Shown one piece after another: positions 24,387 to 38,439 of a stretch of 41,388 nt of DNA. Made by a program: the position numbers and the translations under genes. The DNA comes from Tubiluchus corallicola. Taxonomy: Eukaryota > Animalia > Priapulida. The notes under the pieces were generated by a model that saw nothing but the letters and a program-made list of their open reading frames with translations, had not been told where the DNA came from and ran no database searches. The stretch is taken from the NCBI GenBank assembly GCA_030141605.1, contig JAQGDQ010001433.1:1-41388 (forward strand). Reading direction: 5' to 3'. The first letter of the stretch is position 1. Each line of letters starts with the position of its first letter.

Positions 24387-24684
24387 TACTATCACCAGAG
24401 AAATCCAAGTTCTGATGACGTGCTTAGGAACTAATTGCCTCAAAGTTGTTGTCGTAAGTTGAACTTAAATAACTCGAATGCCAGGCGACTTGTTTCCTCT
24501 GCGTCCGCTAACGCACTTACACAGATTTTTTTGTTTGCACGCAGTATTCGCATGACAACGCGTCAAAAATTTCAGCATGTAATAATCTAGACATGGGAGT
24601 TTCGAAGTGAACGAAGCATAAAATTTGTTGTAATGGTTTAAAAAGGCAATACAGCAAGTAACAACACCCAGTAATCATTAATAC

Positions 24685-25039
24685 ACAACAACAACAATAA
24701 CAACAACAACAACAACAATAATAACAACAACAACAACAATAACAACAACGACAACGACAACAACAGCAGCAACAACAACAACGACAACACCACCACCACC
24801 ACCACCACCAACAACAACAACAATAATAATAATAACAACAACAATAATAATAATAATAACAACAACAACAACAATAATAATAATAACAACAATAATAATA
24901 ATGATAACAACAACAATAACAGCTACTGTCCCGGCCATGGTCACTGCCATGGCCACGGCCACTGCCACTGCCACCGCCACAGCAACATAAAGACCAACAG
25001 CAACAGCAATAACAACTACAACAACAACAACAACAACAA

Positions 25040-25078
<39 letters not shown>

Positions 25079-25171
25079 AAACAACAACAACAACGACAGC
25101 AACAACAACAACAACAATATTAATAATAATAACAACAACAACAAAACAACAACAACAATAATAATAATAAC
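24685..25171. repeat. Compound (ACA/ATA/CCA)n microsatellite
   Basis: Direct observation; contains the same GC-rich insert as 23572-23660. Confidence 0.95.
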
Positions 25172-25529
25172 AGGTTTAAATTTTATTATATATTTTTTAA
25201 TTTTTGGACATCAGTTTTCTTAGCAAAAAAACGTGGTCTCCAACAGTGGTTGTCAGACAACATTACGGTTATCTTGGCACATTTCTTCAGCAAGATTCCT
25301 TGCAAATTTACAAGAACAAAACTGCGCAGCAAAGACCAGCATAAATTAATTACTTTAATTAGAAGCGACACTCGACCTTTCAATTACCCGCGTACAGTGT
25401 GCACACGTATGAATATTAATGAGAAGGACCCTAATTATGTTGATCAACTTAGTTTGTCCGTTAACATGACGTAGTTAAGATGGCGAGTCTGTATTTTGAT
25501 CAGATTTGAAGGAAATATCAAGTCACTCA

Positions 25530-25750
25530 GTATGTTTGGTTTATTTTACTGTCACCATTTAAACGTAGAAAAATATCAAAAATAAATTTGCAAATAACTT
25601 TCTGTAAAGCATAAATTTAAAATATGCTACCTTTGAATATAAATTTTCAGGCGTGGTGGTTGCCGCCATTCACTTGACGTAACTGGGAGACTTCGTGACT
25701 TTTCGGAAGCACGTCGTGACTTTCCGTAAGCACGTCGTGGCTTTCCGTAA
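25530..25750. repeat. Degenerate dispersed repeat with an inverted copy at ~36690-36960
   Basis: GCCGCCATT...GTAACTGG..GACTTCGTGACTTTTCG matches the reverse complement of CGAAAAGTCACGAAGTCCACCAGTTACG...AATGGCGGC. Confidence 0.55.
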
Positions 25751-26120
25751 GCGCGCTCTTAAAGTAATTCAAACTTCTACAGCTTACCTAATGCTCACGC
25801 AAAAATATTATAAAATGAACTATCTATTTTTTTTGTAAAAACCTATTATACCTTTGCTGAAGATTGTCAGTGCGCTACTTTTCTTCAAACCGAATGACGT
25901 CATTGGAAGAACAATGGGCCTTCAAAATGGGAGCTTCCAAGCATGAAGTGATCGCGACATTAAAGTGATTTTACTAGTTGCATGATCTCCCTTTTATTAC
26001 TAAATCCTTGTAACATTTTTCGCGTACATTGAAATAAGCCTAAATACGCAGACGGCTTGGCATTTCCTTTAATGTGCTTTCTGATCAACTTCGTGATAAA
26101 TTAAAAACATTTTTGAAATG

Positions 26121-26250
26121 GATTTTACATGTCAAATGTAGACGTGCGTTAACTCAAATGTAGATTTAGGTAATTCAAATGTGTCTTGGTAACTCAAATG
26201 TAGACTTAGGTAGTTCAAATGTGTTAACAATGGTTTTTAACAATGGTTTC
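26121..26250. mobile_element. TIR MITE copy 3, left arm only
   Basis: Homologous to ~15255-15370. Confidence 0.8.
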
Positions 26251-26347
26251 TCGGTTTGTTTTTTAACTTTTATGTTTTTTCTTTCTTTTCTTTTCCTGTC
26301 CTTTTTTACCTTTCTTTTTATTCTTTTACCTTTTTGTTTTAATGCGT

Positions 26348-26682
26348 CTCATTCATTCATTAATTCATTCTTTTAACCTTTAATTTTTTCACTCGTTCGT
26401 TCATTCATTCATTCATCCCTTCATATCTTCATCCATTCAATCACTTATTCATATATTCACTTATTCGTTCATTTATTCATTCTTTTAACCTTTAATTTTT
26501 TCACTCGTTCATTCATTCATTCATTCATTCATTCATTCATTCATTCATTCATTCATTCATTCATTCATTCATTCATTCATTCATTCATTCATTCATTCAT
26601 TCATTCATTCATTCATTCATTCATCCCTTTATATCTTCATTCAATCAATCACTTATTCATATATTCACTTATTCATTCATTT
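26348..26682. repeat. (TTCA)n microsatellite with local duplication
   Basis: Direct observation. Confidence 0.9.
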
Positions 26683-27095
26683 GCCTAATGCATCGCCTTC
26701 GTGTTATCTCCGTCCTCAGTCGTTGATTTTTTTCCTGAAATAAAATTGATATTCCTATCACTGCCAGCCTTATACACAGGAGAGCATTAAATGTCGAAGG
26801 TTTTTGCGAATTTCTTGTGAAAAGCAGTCAAGCTGTGAAGAAAATCTGCTTCTGCTGTCACGTGCAGGTTCAAGAAATGCCATAACTTTTCCCTGAACAA
26901 GACGGCAAAATCAGGGATATAATTCCCAAGCACTACGCGGTGGTGGGGGGTATTATGAAAGTAACAGAAAGGTAAACAGTAGTAGAAATACTGTAATTTA
27001 ATAAGCAGTAGCGTGTTAATTATGGACATGGAAAAGATTTTCAACGTTAACTCATGGAGAGATTAGCAAACATGTGACACCCCTACAGATACAAG

Positions 27096-27992
27096 TATGA
27101 ACTATGAACTATGAACTATGAATTTTATTTCACACATAAAAAATACAATATCAATATGACTTTTAAATAAAATAATATCAGTAATGCGACATGAGTGTAC
27201 GACCATACGGTCATTAACACACTCACCTCACTTAAATGAAAATATGATTATAGTTATGCATGCTTTTGTAGATAACTTAATGTAAATAAGGATGAAGTAA
27301 ATGATGTAATAATTTGAGTAATGCGAGGTGAGTGTACGACCATACGGTAATTAACACACTCACTTTACTTAAATGAAAAATGATTATAGTTATGCATGCT
27401 TCTGTAGATAACTTAATGTAAATAAGGATGAAGTGAATGATGTAATAATTTGAGTAGTGCGAGGTGAGTGTACGACCATACGGTCATTGACACACTGACC
27501 TTACTTAAATGAAAAAATGATTATAGTTATGCATGCTTCTGTAGATAACTTAATGTAAATAAGGATGAAGTAAATGATGTAATAATTTGAGTAGTGCGAG
27601 GTGAGTGTACGACCATGCGGTCATTAACACACTCACCTTACTTAAATGAAAAAATGATTATAGTTATGCATGCTTCTGTAGATAACTTAATGTAAATAAG
27701 GATGAAGTAAATGATGTAATAATTTGAGTAGTGCGAGGTGAGTGTACGACCATACGGTCATTAACACACTCACCTTACTTAAATGAAAAAATGATTATAG
27801 TTATGCATGCTTCTGTAGATAAGTTAATGTAAATAAGGATGAAGTAAATGATGTAATAATTTGAGTAGTGCGAGGTGAGTGTACGACCATACGGTCATTA
27901 ACACACTCACCTTACTTAAATGAAAAAATGATTATAGTTATGCATGCTTCTGTAGATAACTTAATGCAAATAAGAATGAAGTAAATGATGTA
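27096..27992 (-). mobile_element. L2-like LINE 3' end with tandemly amplified 3' UTR
   Basis: Minus strand ends AAATAAAATTCATA(GTTCATA)n; upstream units each carry a nested stem-loop. Confidence 0.55.
27185..27992. repeat. 137-bp tandem repeat, ~5.9 copies
   Basis: GAGTGTACGACC at 27193, 27330, 27466, 27603, 27740, 27877. Confidence 0.97.
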
Positions 27993-28048
27993 AGAATAGC
28001 AATCGTATAAGAGCAACAAACCTGAAAGTTGAGAAAGGAAAAGTTTAG

Positions 28049-29006
28049 AAAATTCTAACAGGCATTGACATAGGCGTACGGGAGGAAGTTTCACAAGGGG
28101 TGGTGGTGGTGGTGGTGGTGGGGGGGATGCAATTTGCCCTGAAAATGTTCCAAGTTGCACTAGCCTGAGTGAATATTAAAAATCTTATCGTTTACTGTTT
28201 TATCTTAATCTTTACTGTTTAAAGCACAAGAAAACCCTCCACAAACATAGAGTTTAAAAAATTCGTCTTAACATTTTTATATCACTTACTGTCTTTTTAC
28301 ATACAGGACTTCAATCGGCAGTCACGCTGCATAAAACATGTAAATTCAAACTCCCGTGATGACCGTTAAACGCAGCCATTTTCACGACAGATCATTTGAA
28401 ATAAGTTTAGATAACATTGTGTAAAGTATAAAAAATAATTGGAGCATGCGTAACACACACGTCACAAACTAAGTAAAATTTTAAATTACTGTTTCTTGTC
28501 AATAAGATTAAAAATACGTTTTTGGCTAGTGAGTGCCACACCCTGGATGATGAGTCAGCGACATTTTACCAACTGGCACAAACATTTTAAATAATTATTT
28601 CTACTCACATAAGTCTTTCCAGGAGGAGAGCGAAGACCTAAGTAATATAGATTTGCATGGAAAGTATTTTTGGGACATAATTTAACATTGCCTGATTTAA
28701 CATAATTTAACATCTTCCATTTACGTTTGCGTAAGTGACGTCATGTAATGGCGATTTCGGAACAGATTTCATCTTTCAATGAGAGTACGATATATGCATA
28801 AAGCTCCTATTAAGCAATATAATTTTTTAAGGTGATTTTTCTGAAACCTACTTCAGGTGCCCCCTTTTTTTGTCCTTTAATAAAGAAAATTCTAACAGGT
28901 ATTGACGTAGGCGTACTTGAGGAAGTTTCAAAAGGGGTGGTGGTGGTGGTGGGGGGTGGGGGAGAATTTGCAATGAAATTGTTCCAAGTTGCACTAACCT
29001 GAGTGA
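28049..29006 (+). repeat. Local direct duplication of ~120 bp (28049-28172 and 28885-29006) including a TIR-like start
   Basis: Both copies read GAAAATTCTAACAGG.ATTGAC.TAGGCGTAC...(GGT)n...CCAAGTTGCACTA.CCTGAGTGA. Confidence 0.75.
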
Positions 29007-29650
29007 TCTCCAAATAAGTGCAAACAAGAGGTCACATAATTATATAGGATATAGACGAACAGAAGTGTCTAAAAATAAAACATTCTTATAATCCTATATG
29101 CTTACATTTATTTATATTTATACGTATTTATACTCAATATAATATATAGTACAATTAGAACAGTAAATGCAAGAAATGGATAAACAAATAAAAAACAAAA
29201 TGAAGGAAAAGAAAATAGTAAATAAAGAAGGGAAGAATTAACTGGTAAATAAATGAATGAACAAGATGGCCTACAGATGCATGGATGAACGAGGGAATAA
29301 AAAGAGTCGAAATGAAAGAACAAACTGACTGAGTTAGTTTATTGCATATCCTAGGGCTTAGACGACAGTGAAAATAATGACAAACATTTATGTAAATTCG
29401 GCTTCTCTTACGCAGCCTTCCCGCTGCAACTACATGGCTTCTATTTTAATAACAGTTTTGATTCAAAGAAGCCAGAGGTTTATATCACGATTACCATTCA
29501 GCATAACCAGGCGCAGCGTCAGCAACAAACTTGGCAATCTTGGAAGCGTTTTGTTACATATTTATTGACGTGACACGGTGGACGGATAACGAGCGATGCT
29601 GCGTTAATATCAGATGACGGCGCAGCTTCTTTCTGAGCAGCTACATGTAA

Positions 29651-29707
29651 CCAATAGGAGGTCGTGTGTGACTCATTTGTCGAATTGAAACCCTATCAGG
29701 TATATAA
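29651..29707 (+). promoter_or_regulatory. Candidate Pol II promoter
   Basis: CCAAT 29651-29655, AP-1 TGACTCA 29669-29675, TATATAA 29701-29707 in a CpG-containing unique stretch. Confidence 0.5.
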
Positions 29708-29866
29708 CTGTCCACACACGCCAGTCTGTTGGAGACGCTTGACACGAGAATCATGTGACGACAATGACGACAATGCGTGGCTTTTAATTCCTGCACCGCT
29801 TGATTGTCAAAGAGAAAAAGAGGAGACACCAGGATAACAAGAAGGAATTTAACAGGAAGCCAGACT

Positions 29867-29898
29867 ATGACAAAGATGCACTGCGTAACGCATGACAG
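29867..29898 (+). CDS. Candidate first coding exon portion MTKMHCVTHD(S)
   Basis: ACTATG start followed by strong donor CAG|GTATGT, phase 2. Confidence 0.4.
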
Positions 29899-30141
29899 GT
29901 ATGTGTTTACTTACAAGTGAAATCATTTCTGTTCTTATCTGATTTAGGAACTCATTCCACTTAATAGGAAAGAAGCCAATTTTAGGAATCACCGTAATTA
30001 AAATAATTAGAAAAATCATTATTTAAGAATTAAACTACGAAACCCCCCAAGGCGCCGTTTCAAGGTTTCTTTCTTGTACTTTCGTGTAAGAAGTAGTAGG
30101 CCTACAGCAAAATTGAAATTTTAAATTTTTGCTGTGGTTGT

Positions 30142-31218
30142 ACCTCTTGTATATATATGATAAAAGAAGTTTTTAACTATCTTATTTACTTAGATTTACT
30201 AATCTCTCGATTATAACAAAAACACGGTTAGTAAACAAATGGAAATATAGTCAATAAGCAAATGTAAACTTAACCGAATACTAGTCTTTCAAAAGTTTTT
30301 AGGTAAATGCAGAAGTATCTTGAATGTTCTTTAATAACGAAATGCATTGTGAGGGATTTTGGATAATATGAGTTTGCTACAACAGAATTTGCTTCACACA
30401 GCCGACAACAAATTGTACCAAACTATGTTATACTTCATTATCGGCATGTGCAGACTTGCTTGTGTCATTGCGACGTAATAAAAGAATACTGAGATTCATT
30501 TAAGAAAATAATTTTTTATCAGAAGCAAACGGCTGGTTTCACAAAGCTGTCACTAATTTGTGACATCGTTATTACATTCGCTTAACTATTAATAACGACG
30601 TCGTTAACTTAGTGACAGCTTTGTGAAACCGGCCGTTTGCTTCTGATAAAACATTTGTTTACCTGATTTCACTCCTACTCAGTTTATTTCAGTTTAAATG
30701 ATTTTCTTAGATGAATCTCAGTATTCTTCAGTATATTTGTAGCAATGACACAAGCAAGTCTGCACATCCCGATAATGATACAATTTGTTGTCGGCTGTGT
30801 TATGTGAAGCAAATTCTGTTGTAGCAAACTCATATTAATAAATCCAAAATCCTTCACAATGCATTTCGTTATTAAAGAACATTCAAGATACTTCTGCATT
30901 TACCTAAATTGTTTTGAAAGACTAGTATTCGGTTAAGTTTACATTTGCTTATTGACTACATTTCCATTTGTTTACTAACCGTGTTTTTTGTTATAATCGA
31001 GAGATTAGTAAATCTTAGTTTATAAGATAGTTAAAAACTTCCTATATCAGATATATACAAAAAATTTTGAAAGACTAGTATTCGGTTAAGTTTACATTTG
31101 CTTATTGACTATATTTCCATTTGTTTACTAACCGTGTTTTTTGTTATAATCGAGAAATTAGTAAATCTTAGTTTATAAGATAGTTAAAAACGTCTTATAT
31201 CAGATATATACAAGAGGT
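30142..31218. repeat. ~1.08-kb foldback (long inverted repeat)
   Basis: 30142-30556 is the reverse complement of 30609-31061 with indels; outer ~150 bp of right arm duplicated (31066-31218). Confidence 0.93.
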
Positions 31219-31989
31219 TAAATGACATGCTATAACAGGTATATGGTACTAGTTTACAGACATTAACTTAGTTAATTAGCATAACATTTGTAATTAAAAT
31301 TGACATTAGTTAAGTAATCAGTTACACAACGATAGTACAATGGATCTTCATGATGCGCAATATCAAGACCGCCATGCCTTCTTAGAGTTCCACCCCCCGA
31401 GTCGAATTCAGTTCAATAATGTCGATAAAGAAGCTAAATTCAGCATTTTTTTCATAAAAAAGGTAATTCAAAATAGTTTATTTTATGAGTTTTTTATTTT
31501 GTTTTTCGAATTTGTTTACTAGGAAAATAAAATACGTCAGCTTACTCATGTTGTTTTTGATCTACATTAATTCTCATTATAGCTACTGTCCCGGATGTAC
31601 TAATGCAGCATCATTTATGATCAAATTTACCTCATTCTATTAATTTAATCGATAATCTCGAGACGGGAGAGACGTGTTGAGTTGCCAGTCTGGCGACGAG
31701 TTTCACATTAAAAATTCTTGTTATAACTTGAATGTTTTGCAAATCTTTAGAAAGTGTGCTCTGTGGTCTTTGCGTTAAAGATGGCTTCTGGGAATATTAA
31801 GAAATCTATTGCGTGCATTTGACTCTATATGTGGAAGTCATTACGTCTGCTGTGAAAGTGTTTCTGACTTTGAGAGGACGCTTTCAAGTCACTGATCAAA
31901 TTAAAATTTCGGTATTTGATTATTGTCAATTCAATATTAGTGTGCTGGCTATTGGAATACGAAACTGACACAAGTATTGTGCTGTCTTG

Positions 31990-32346
31990 ATTTTTTTATT
32001 TATTATTATTATCACATTCAGTACAATACACTGACATTAAGCACACAGTGACATCAAAATTATTACATCTACTGTATTAAATTGTTATGTTTCATACACT
32101 ATCGTTATCATAAAAGAATAATTGTACTGCAGTGGGCTAGAGAAGCAAAGGCTTGTATAAGCCCACTGTCATGTGAACCCGATAAAAAAAGAATAGATGA
32201 GTGAACAAAAAAAAAGAACTGGGAGAAAGGTTAGATCGCACAGGACGGGTAGAAGGATGTGTTAGTGGAAATGGTAGGAAGAAAGATAAGAGATTGCGCT
32301 ATGTTGACATCAGCTCTAAAGATTTATCAATGATGCCTTGTTTTGC
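31990..32346 (-). mobile_element. L2/Crack-type LINE 3' UTR copy
   Basis: Reverse complement of ~38548-38837; stem-loop CAGTGGGCT...AAGCCTTTGCTT...AGCCCACTG; AATAAA and A-rich end. Confidence 0.75.
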
Positions 32347-32667
32347 ATAATCTGTACCAGGATTGTGGTATGACAGCTGCAGTAGGTGTGGGAAATTAGG
32401 AAGTTTATACCGTAGTATTTAAGTTATCGAACATGTGACGACTATAAGATGGCAAAGTGATTCGATTCGCGCTCTCAATCAGCCATTGATTACGCGTGAG
32501 GTTATTTTATTTTCTGTCTGTGTTGGACTTGGTGCTCTTTAGGGAAATTTTGGCAAGAATGTGATAATTGGGAAAGGGAGCTGAAGGGATTGATTTGCTC
32601 CAAGCAAATATGAAGTTGCTTCTATAGAGAAAGTGAGAAGTGTAGAACGAGTGATGAAGAGGAAGAC

Positions 32668-33060
<393 letters not shown>

Positions 33061-33444
33061 AAACACTGAATAGAAGAGACATGGCCTAGGAAAAGATGAC
33101 CTGGTAATAAATCAGACAGACTGTGAATGAGTCAAAGGCTTTGATTTTAATCATTGTGAAATTATGATGGAGTGGTAAGGTGAAGCGGGATCAAAGAGAT
33201 TTATTCTAAGCTGTGTTGGGATAAACTATCAATCATTGGAGCTTAAAAATCTGTCAAATTGATCTGCTATTTCATCAGATGACGTCAGTCAATAATACTT
33301 TGTCCATTCGTGATACTAACGCACTATTACTTCAATACCAATTCGGCTAAAATTCAAAATTACACCTAAAGGTGTAATTTTTAGTTTAGTTGTGAAAAAT
33401 GCATTTTATGTCTCAACAGTTTACTACGTCTTTTCCATACCTTT

Positions 33445-34460
<1,016 letters not shown>

Positions 34461-35050
34461 ATTTATTCTACACAATAAGTTGTGCTGGATTAAATATTAC
34501 AATGACCCGTAAAACAATAACATATATTCATAGTTTACTACAGTATAGTATTTTTTTATTGACACCAAGTCACAACATACGTAGATTAGCATTTGTTACA
34601 GCGTGGGGTAAGACCGGTCTGACGACATTTTAGACATTTAAGACTTCATCAAGCCACACCACTCAGGACCTCCAAGGTTGTTGTAACAGTGACAAAATTG
34701 ATTACAGGTTTACAAATAGTTCTTGCTGCAAATCAATGTAAACAAGAAGAACTTTTCTTCCTTCCTGCTGACGCGTGAAAAACAACGAGATTAGATTTCT
34801 AAACAGGAGTGCTAAAGCATCTTTACGAAAGCTACGGTTAAGACGAATGTCGATTATCAAGCGGTTAAGATTTCTAAACTTTCTCGTTGTTGTACAACAT
34901 CGGATTTCCTTTGTTTCTGGTTCTAGTTTGACCAGAAAGCAATTTATTGGGAAATGGTTGTGCTTATCCTTACGTGGGCTGCATAAATAATGGGGCATCG
35001 GCATTTTACAGGCTGAGCCTTCGCCACCCATCCATGTAAAAATACTCAAG

Positions 35051-35361
35051 TTTCAATTCAATTCAATTTCAATTTATTTATCTCTTTATAGTGTTACAAT
35101 AAAACATGATTGATAAAAGAATATCTAATAAATTTTGAAAAATGGTTAAAATGTATAGATAGATCTAGAACTAGAGAAAGGATAGCGAAAAGACTATAAA
35201 GTCACCTAGTCTGCTATCCTTTACGGAATATAGATAAAAAGATTTTTTATACATTGGTGGGCATTAATGTTATCAGTTTAATTTAGGAAACATTAGTAAT
35301 TTTTAAAATTATGACATTTTCTATATAATCCAGAGAAAAGAATATACGTGTAGTTTAATTA
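35051..35361 (-). mobile_element. L2/CR1-group LINE 3' end, second copy
   Basis: Reverse complement of 4084-4407. Confidence 0.7.
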
Positions 35362-35951
35362 GCGAGCAACAAAATAAGGTCAATCTTGTTTAAACTAAAA
35401 ATTGCATTTAGATTTTATGTGAAATGCAGGTCAAAATTGTTATGAAATGATAAAAACACTTTGGGTTAATAATGCTATTAATCAACAACAGGAGTTAAAT
35501 ACATTTTAATTTGAGTTCAACTTCATTATTTCTAGGCTTATTGATTAAGAACAAATCTACTGACTTGGACAATAATACTAAATAATATAATTCTCAATAT
35601 ACTGATAAGACAAACATTTAGCTATACAGGTTTTTTTTAGTAATTTTATAAAGGAGAGGTAAGACTTGTGCAATCTGTGAACAACATCTAAATCTTTACT
35701 CATAAAATAGTATTGCAGTATGACTTTAATAATTACTCAGAATAATTAAGTGGCTTATGACTAATTAGATCTATGACTGTGAGTGCCTCAATTTTTGGCA
35801 TTCATAATCATAATCAAATTAATGGTATCGTTAATTGCCAGCTAGTTTAAAAAAGTGGTTTCCATAAATGTCTCTCTACTGTCTTTGGCATAGGTGGCGC
35901 TGTTGGATTATGTGCTACAAAGATGAAAGCTCGAGCCTGCTCAGTCATGTT

Positions 35952-36024
35952 GAACTGGTATCTCAGGTGGCAGACACATGGGATTTTTAATCCCAAGTCT
36001 CTGGTTCAAGTCCCGACTGGCTCA
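35952..36024 (+). pseudogene. tRNA-Lys(TTT)-like pseudogene or tRNA-derived repeat head
   Basis: 73 nt; anticodon arm TGGGA-TTTTTAA-TCCCA; GGTTCAAGTCC box B; mismatched acceptor, D and T stems; TTTTTT follows after 2 nt. Confidence 0.7.
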
Positions 36025-36138
36025 CATTTTTTCAGCGTCGTCTTTCTATAATCAACTCCTTTTCCGCAATGGGTAATTATTGCAGTGAAATAAATTGCAA
36101 TGATTTACGAAAATTCTGGGATTTACAATTTTATGCTA

Positions 36139-36476
36139 AAGCGGATTAGGATTAGGGTTAGAATTAGGATTAGGGGTTACGGTTGGGGTTAGGGTTAGGG
36201 CTAGGTTAAGAGATTCAGACATTTAAATTGTGTGGTGAATTGTAAACTCCTTGCAACACAAAGAATAGTGTTCTACGCAGAATGTTTTGTGTCACGGTAT
36301 ATGTATAATAATTTAAACCTTGTTTAGTGTTTAGAAAAGCATTCTTGAAAGAATAAAGTGTAAATTCCAAAAACATCGTATGATCTCATATCCTTTGACA
36401 GTTAAATATGATAGGGTAGGGTGTCTGTGTGCGTCCTGAAACTAGACAATCTTTCCCACAAGAATTTCTCGATAAA
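36139..36476. mobile_element. Telomere-repeat-bearing element, short-array copy
   Basis: AAGCGGATTAGGATTAGGGTTAG...TGTGTGG.GAATTGTAAACTCC and ~200 bp shared with 39078-39362. Confidence 0.7.
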
Positions 36477-36894
36477 AGTGTGATTAGCGCCATCGTGTAA
36501 CTAGTGTATCAATTAACACCAATTAAGAACACAATAGTAAGCCTACGACAAATCACACAATATGGATCTTTTCGCTGTGAACTACTAAACTCAATGGCAT
36601 ACTTTTATGTTAAAACTTAAAATAAAACACCAATTTTAAGAAACTGCGGATGTTTTAAATTAAATTAAATTACAGATAGCGCGATGTCCTTACGAAAAGT
36701 CACGAAGTCCACCAGTTACGCCATAATTTTGAAGCAAATGGCGGCCATCACCGCATCTGAAAGTTTAATTAACTATGAAATAAAACTATAAATTAACTAT
36801 GTGCTTTGTAGATTGTTTTTTGCAATTTTCTGTTATATATTTGTAAGTTTGTAATATATTTGTTATATAAATATATATATTTGTTATATATTTG

Positions 36895-36932
<38 letters not shown>

Positions 36933-37331
36933 TTAGGTAATAACAGTAAAATAAGTTCAACATGCTAAGTGACTTGTCCTTCTTTAAACAATACTGTATG
37001 ACTGTGTCAATAGCTTTTGTTTCCTCGTACGTATTAGCTGCAGTCTCGGTTCAGCACCGTTCCGTTTTGTTTCGGTTTTTATTAAATATTCATATCCATT
37101 CCAATTTGTTGCATTTCGTTTCGTTTCAATATATTTTATTACTTTCATGCAACTGCAGGTAAAACTCTTTCTGTTAAAATGAATTGGATCGATAATGGTA
37201 AAACACGCGAGGTATTTTTTGTGGACTGCGTACAATGCAAACCGTAATGCAGGTCTGAATGACGGGTTTCATTAAATCATGTAGAATGATCGTAGCAGGA
37301 CCGATATCTAAGCAATTATCATTTAATCATT

Positions 37332-37902
37332 CTTCTTCTTCCCAACTTTTCCCTATGCGGGGTCGCCGTTGTGAATGAGTCTTCTCCACGCATTCCTGTT
37401 GTTGACCATCTCTTCATTTATGATCTTCTCTCTAAGGTCTCCGTTAATACATTCAATCCATCTCCGCTTGAGTCGTCCTCTTCTTCTATCTCCCAGCACT
37501 TCCATTTCCATGACCTCCCTTCTCACATGATCTTCACCGGCTCTTCTTTTCAGGTGTCCATACCATCGCAATCTTGCGAGGCTTCCACTACTTTTACTGT
37601 TCCTCTGATATTATTATTTCTAATTTTATCTCTTCTTGTTATTCCCACCATCCATCTCAACATCCTCATCTCCACCACATCCATTTTCTTCTCTTCGGTC
37701 TTCTTTAGAGAAGCTGCTTCCAGCCCATAGATTAGAGCGGGTCTGACCACTTCTTTGTGGACTTTAGACTCATTCATAGAAGGTTTTGGCGCAGTTTTTA
37801 CAGGCGGATGCCCTTCCTGACCCTAACTTTCCCATTTATCCGGGCTTGGGACCGGCACTGAGTTGGGCTGGCTTGCCCCCCCCCCCCCCCAATGGCTAGA
37901 TT
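37332..37902 (-). mobile_element. Complete internally deleted (bipartite) non-autonomous RTE retroposon
   Basis: 18-bp TSD AATTATCATTTAATCATT (37314-37331, 37903-37920); RTE-type 5' UTR fused to ORF C-terminus (VVRPALIYG...EMRMLRW...RWYGHL...NRNAWR); (GAA)n tail. Confidence 0.93.
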
Positions 37903-38020
37903 AATTATCATTTAATCATTAAAGATGAGAAATTGAACTGGTATTGGTGCTTTATGTATATCCTCCTCCAACGATTGAAAAAGCTGGAAGCAATATGATA
38001 ATCACCCAGAAGAGATTTTT

Positions 38021-38070
38021 TTGGCGGTCACCATCCATCTACTAACTAATCCCAGCACTGCTTAACTTTG
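38021..38070 (-). pseudogene. Highly degenerate 5S rRNA internal-promoter remnant
   Basis: Minus strand AAGTTAAGCAGTGCTGGGATTAGTTAGTAGATGGATGGTGACCGCC keeps box A, IE and box C order. Confidence 0.6.
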
Positions 38071-38439
38071 CTGCTAAGTTATTTCTCGCGTCCTAGAATT
38101 ATATAAAATAATGTGCAGTAATGAGTTGCAAAATAGTGCAGGCATGCATGCGATGCGTCATGCGTCTGTGCGTTGCACTGCCATTTAATACTTATGCTTA
38201 GTGCTTTAATGACGGTTATAATTTGTAATTTATACAGGCCATTGGTTGGTTGATGTTGTTGTACGAGCACATGTTAGAGTTTATGGCACTTACATAGCAT
38301 GCAAAAGCTCGACTGGCAACTGAAAACTGTTAGCTCAGACTGATTAATGAAATTATCATTTTTGATACTAGAATCAACCTTTTTCAGTTATTACCTTTGG
38401 TGCATTTGCTGTCGGTTTGATTTGAAGCATTTGACATAA

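Noticed and set aside
31340-31462. Alternative coding exon MDLHDAQY...IKK with AAG|GTAATT donor
   Set aside because: Only a Kozak-like ATG and a moderate donor; phase 0 does not match the 39416 exon; no recognisable homology
34702-35049. ORFs on both strands
   Set aside because: No recognisable domain; frames read from the nearby acceptor-like AG hit early stops
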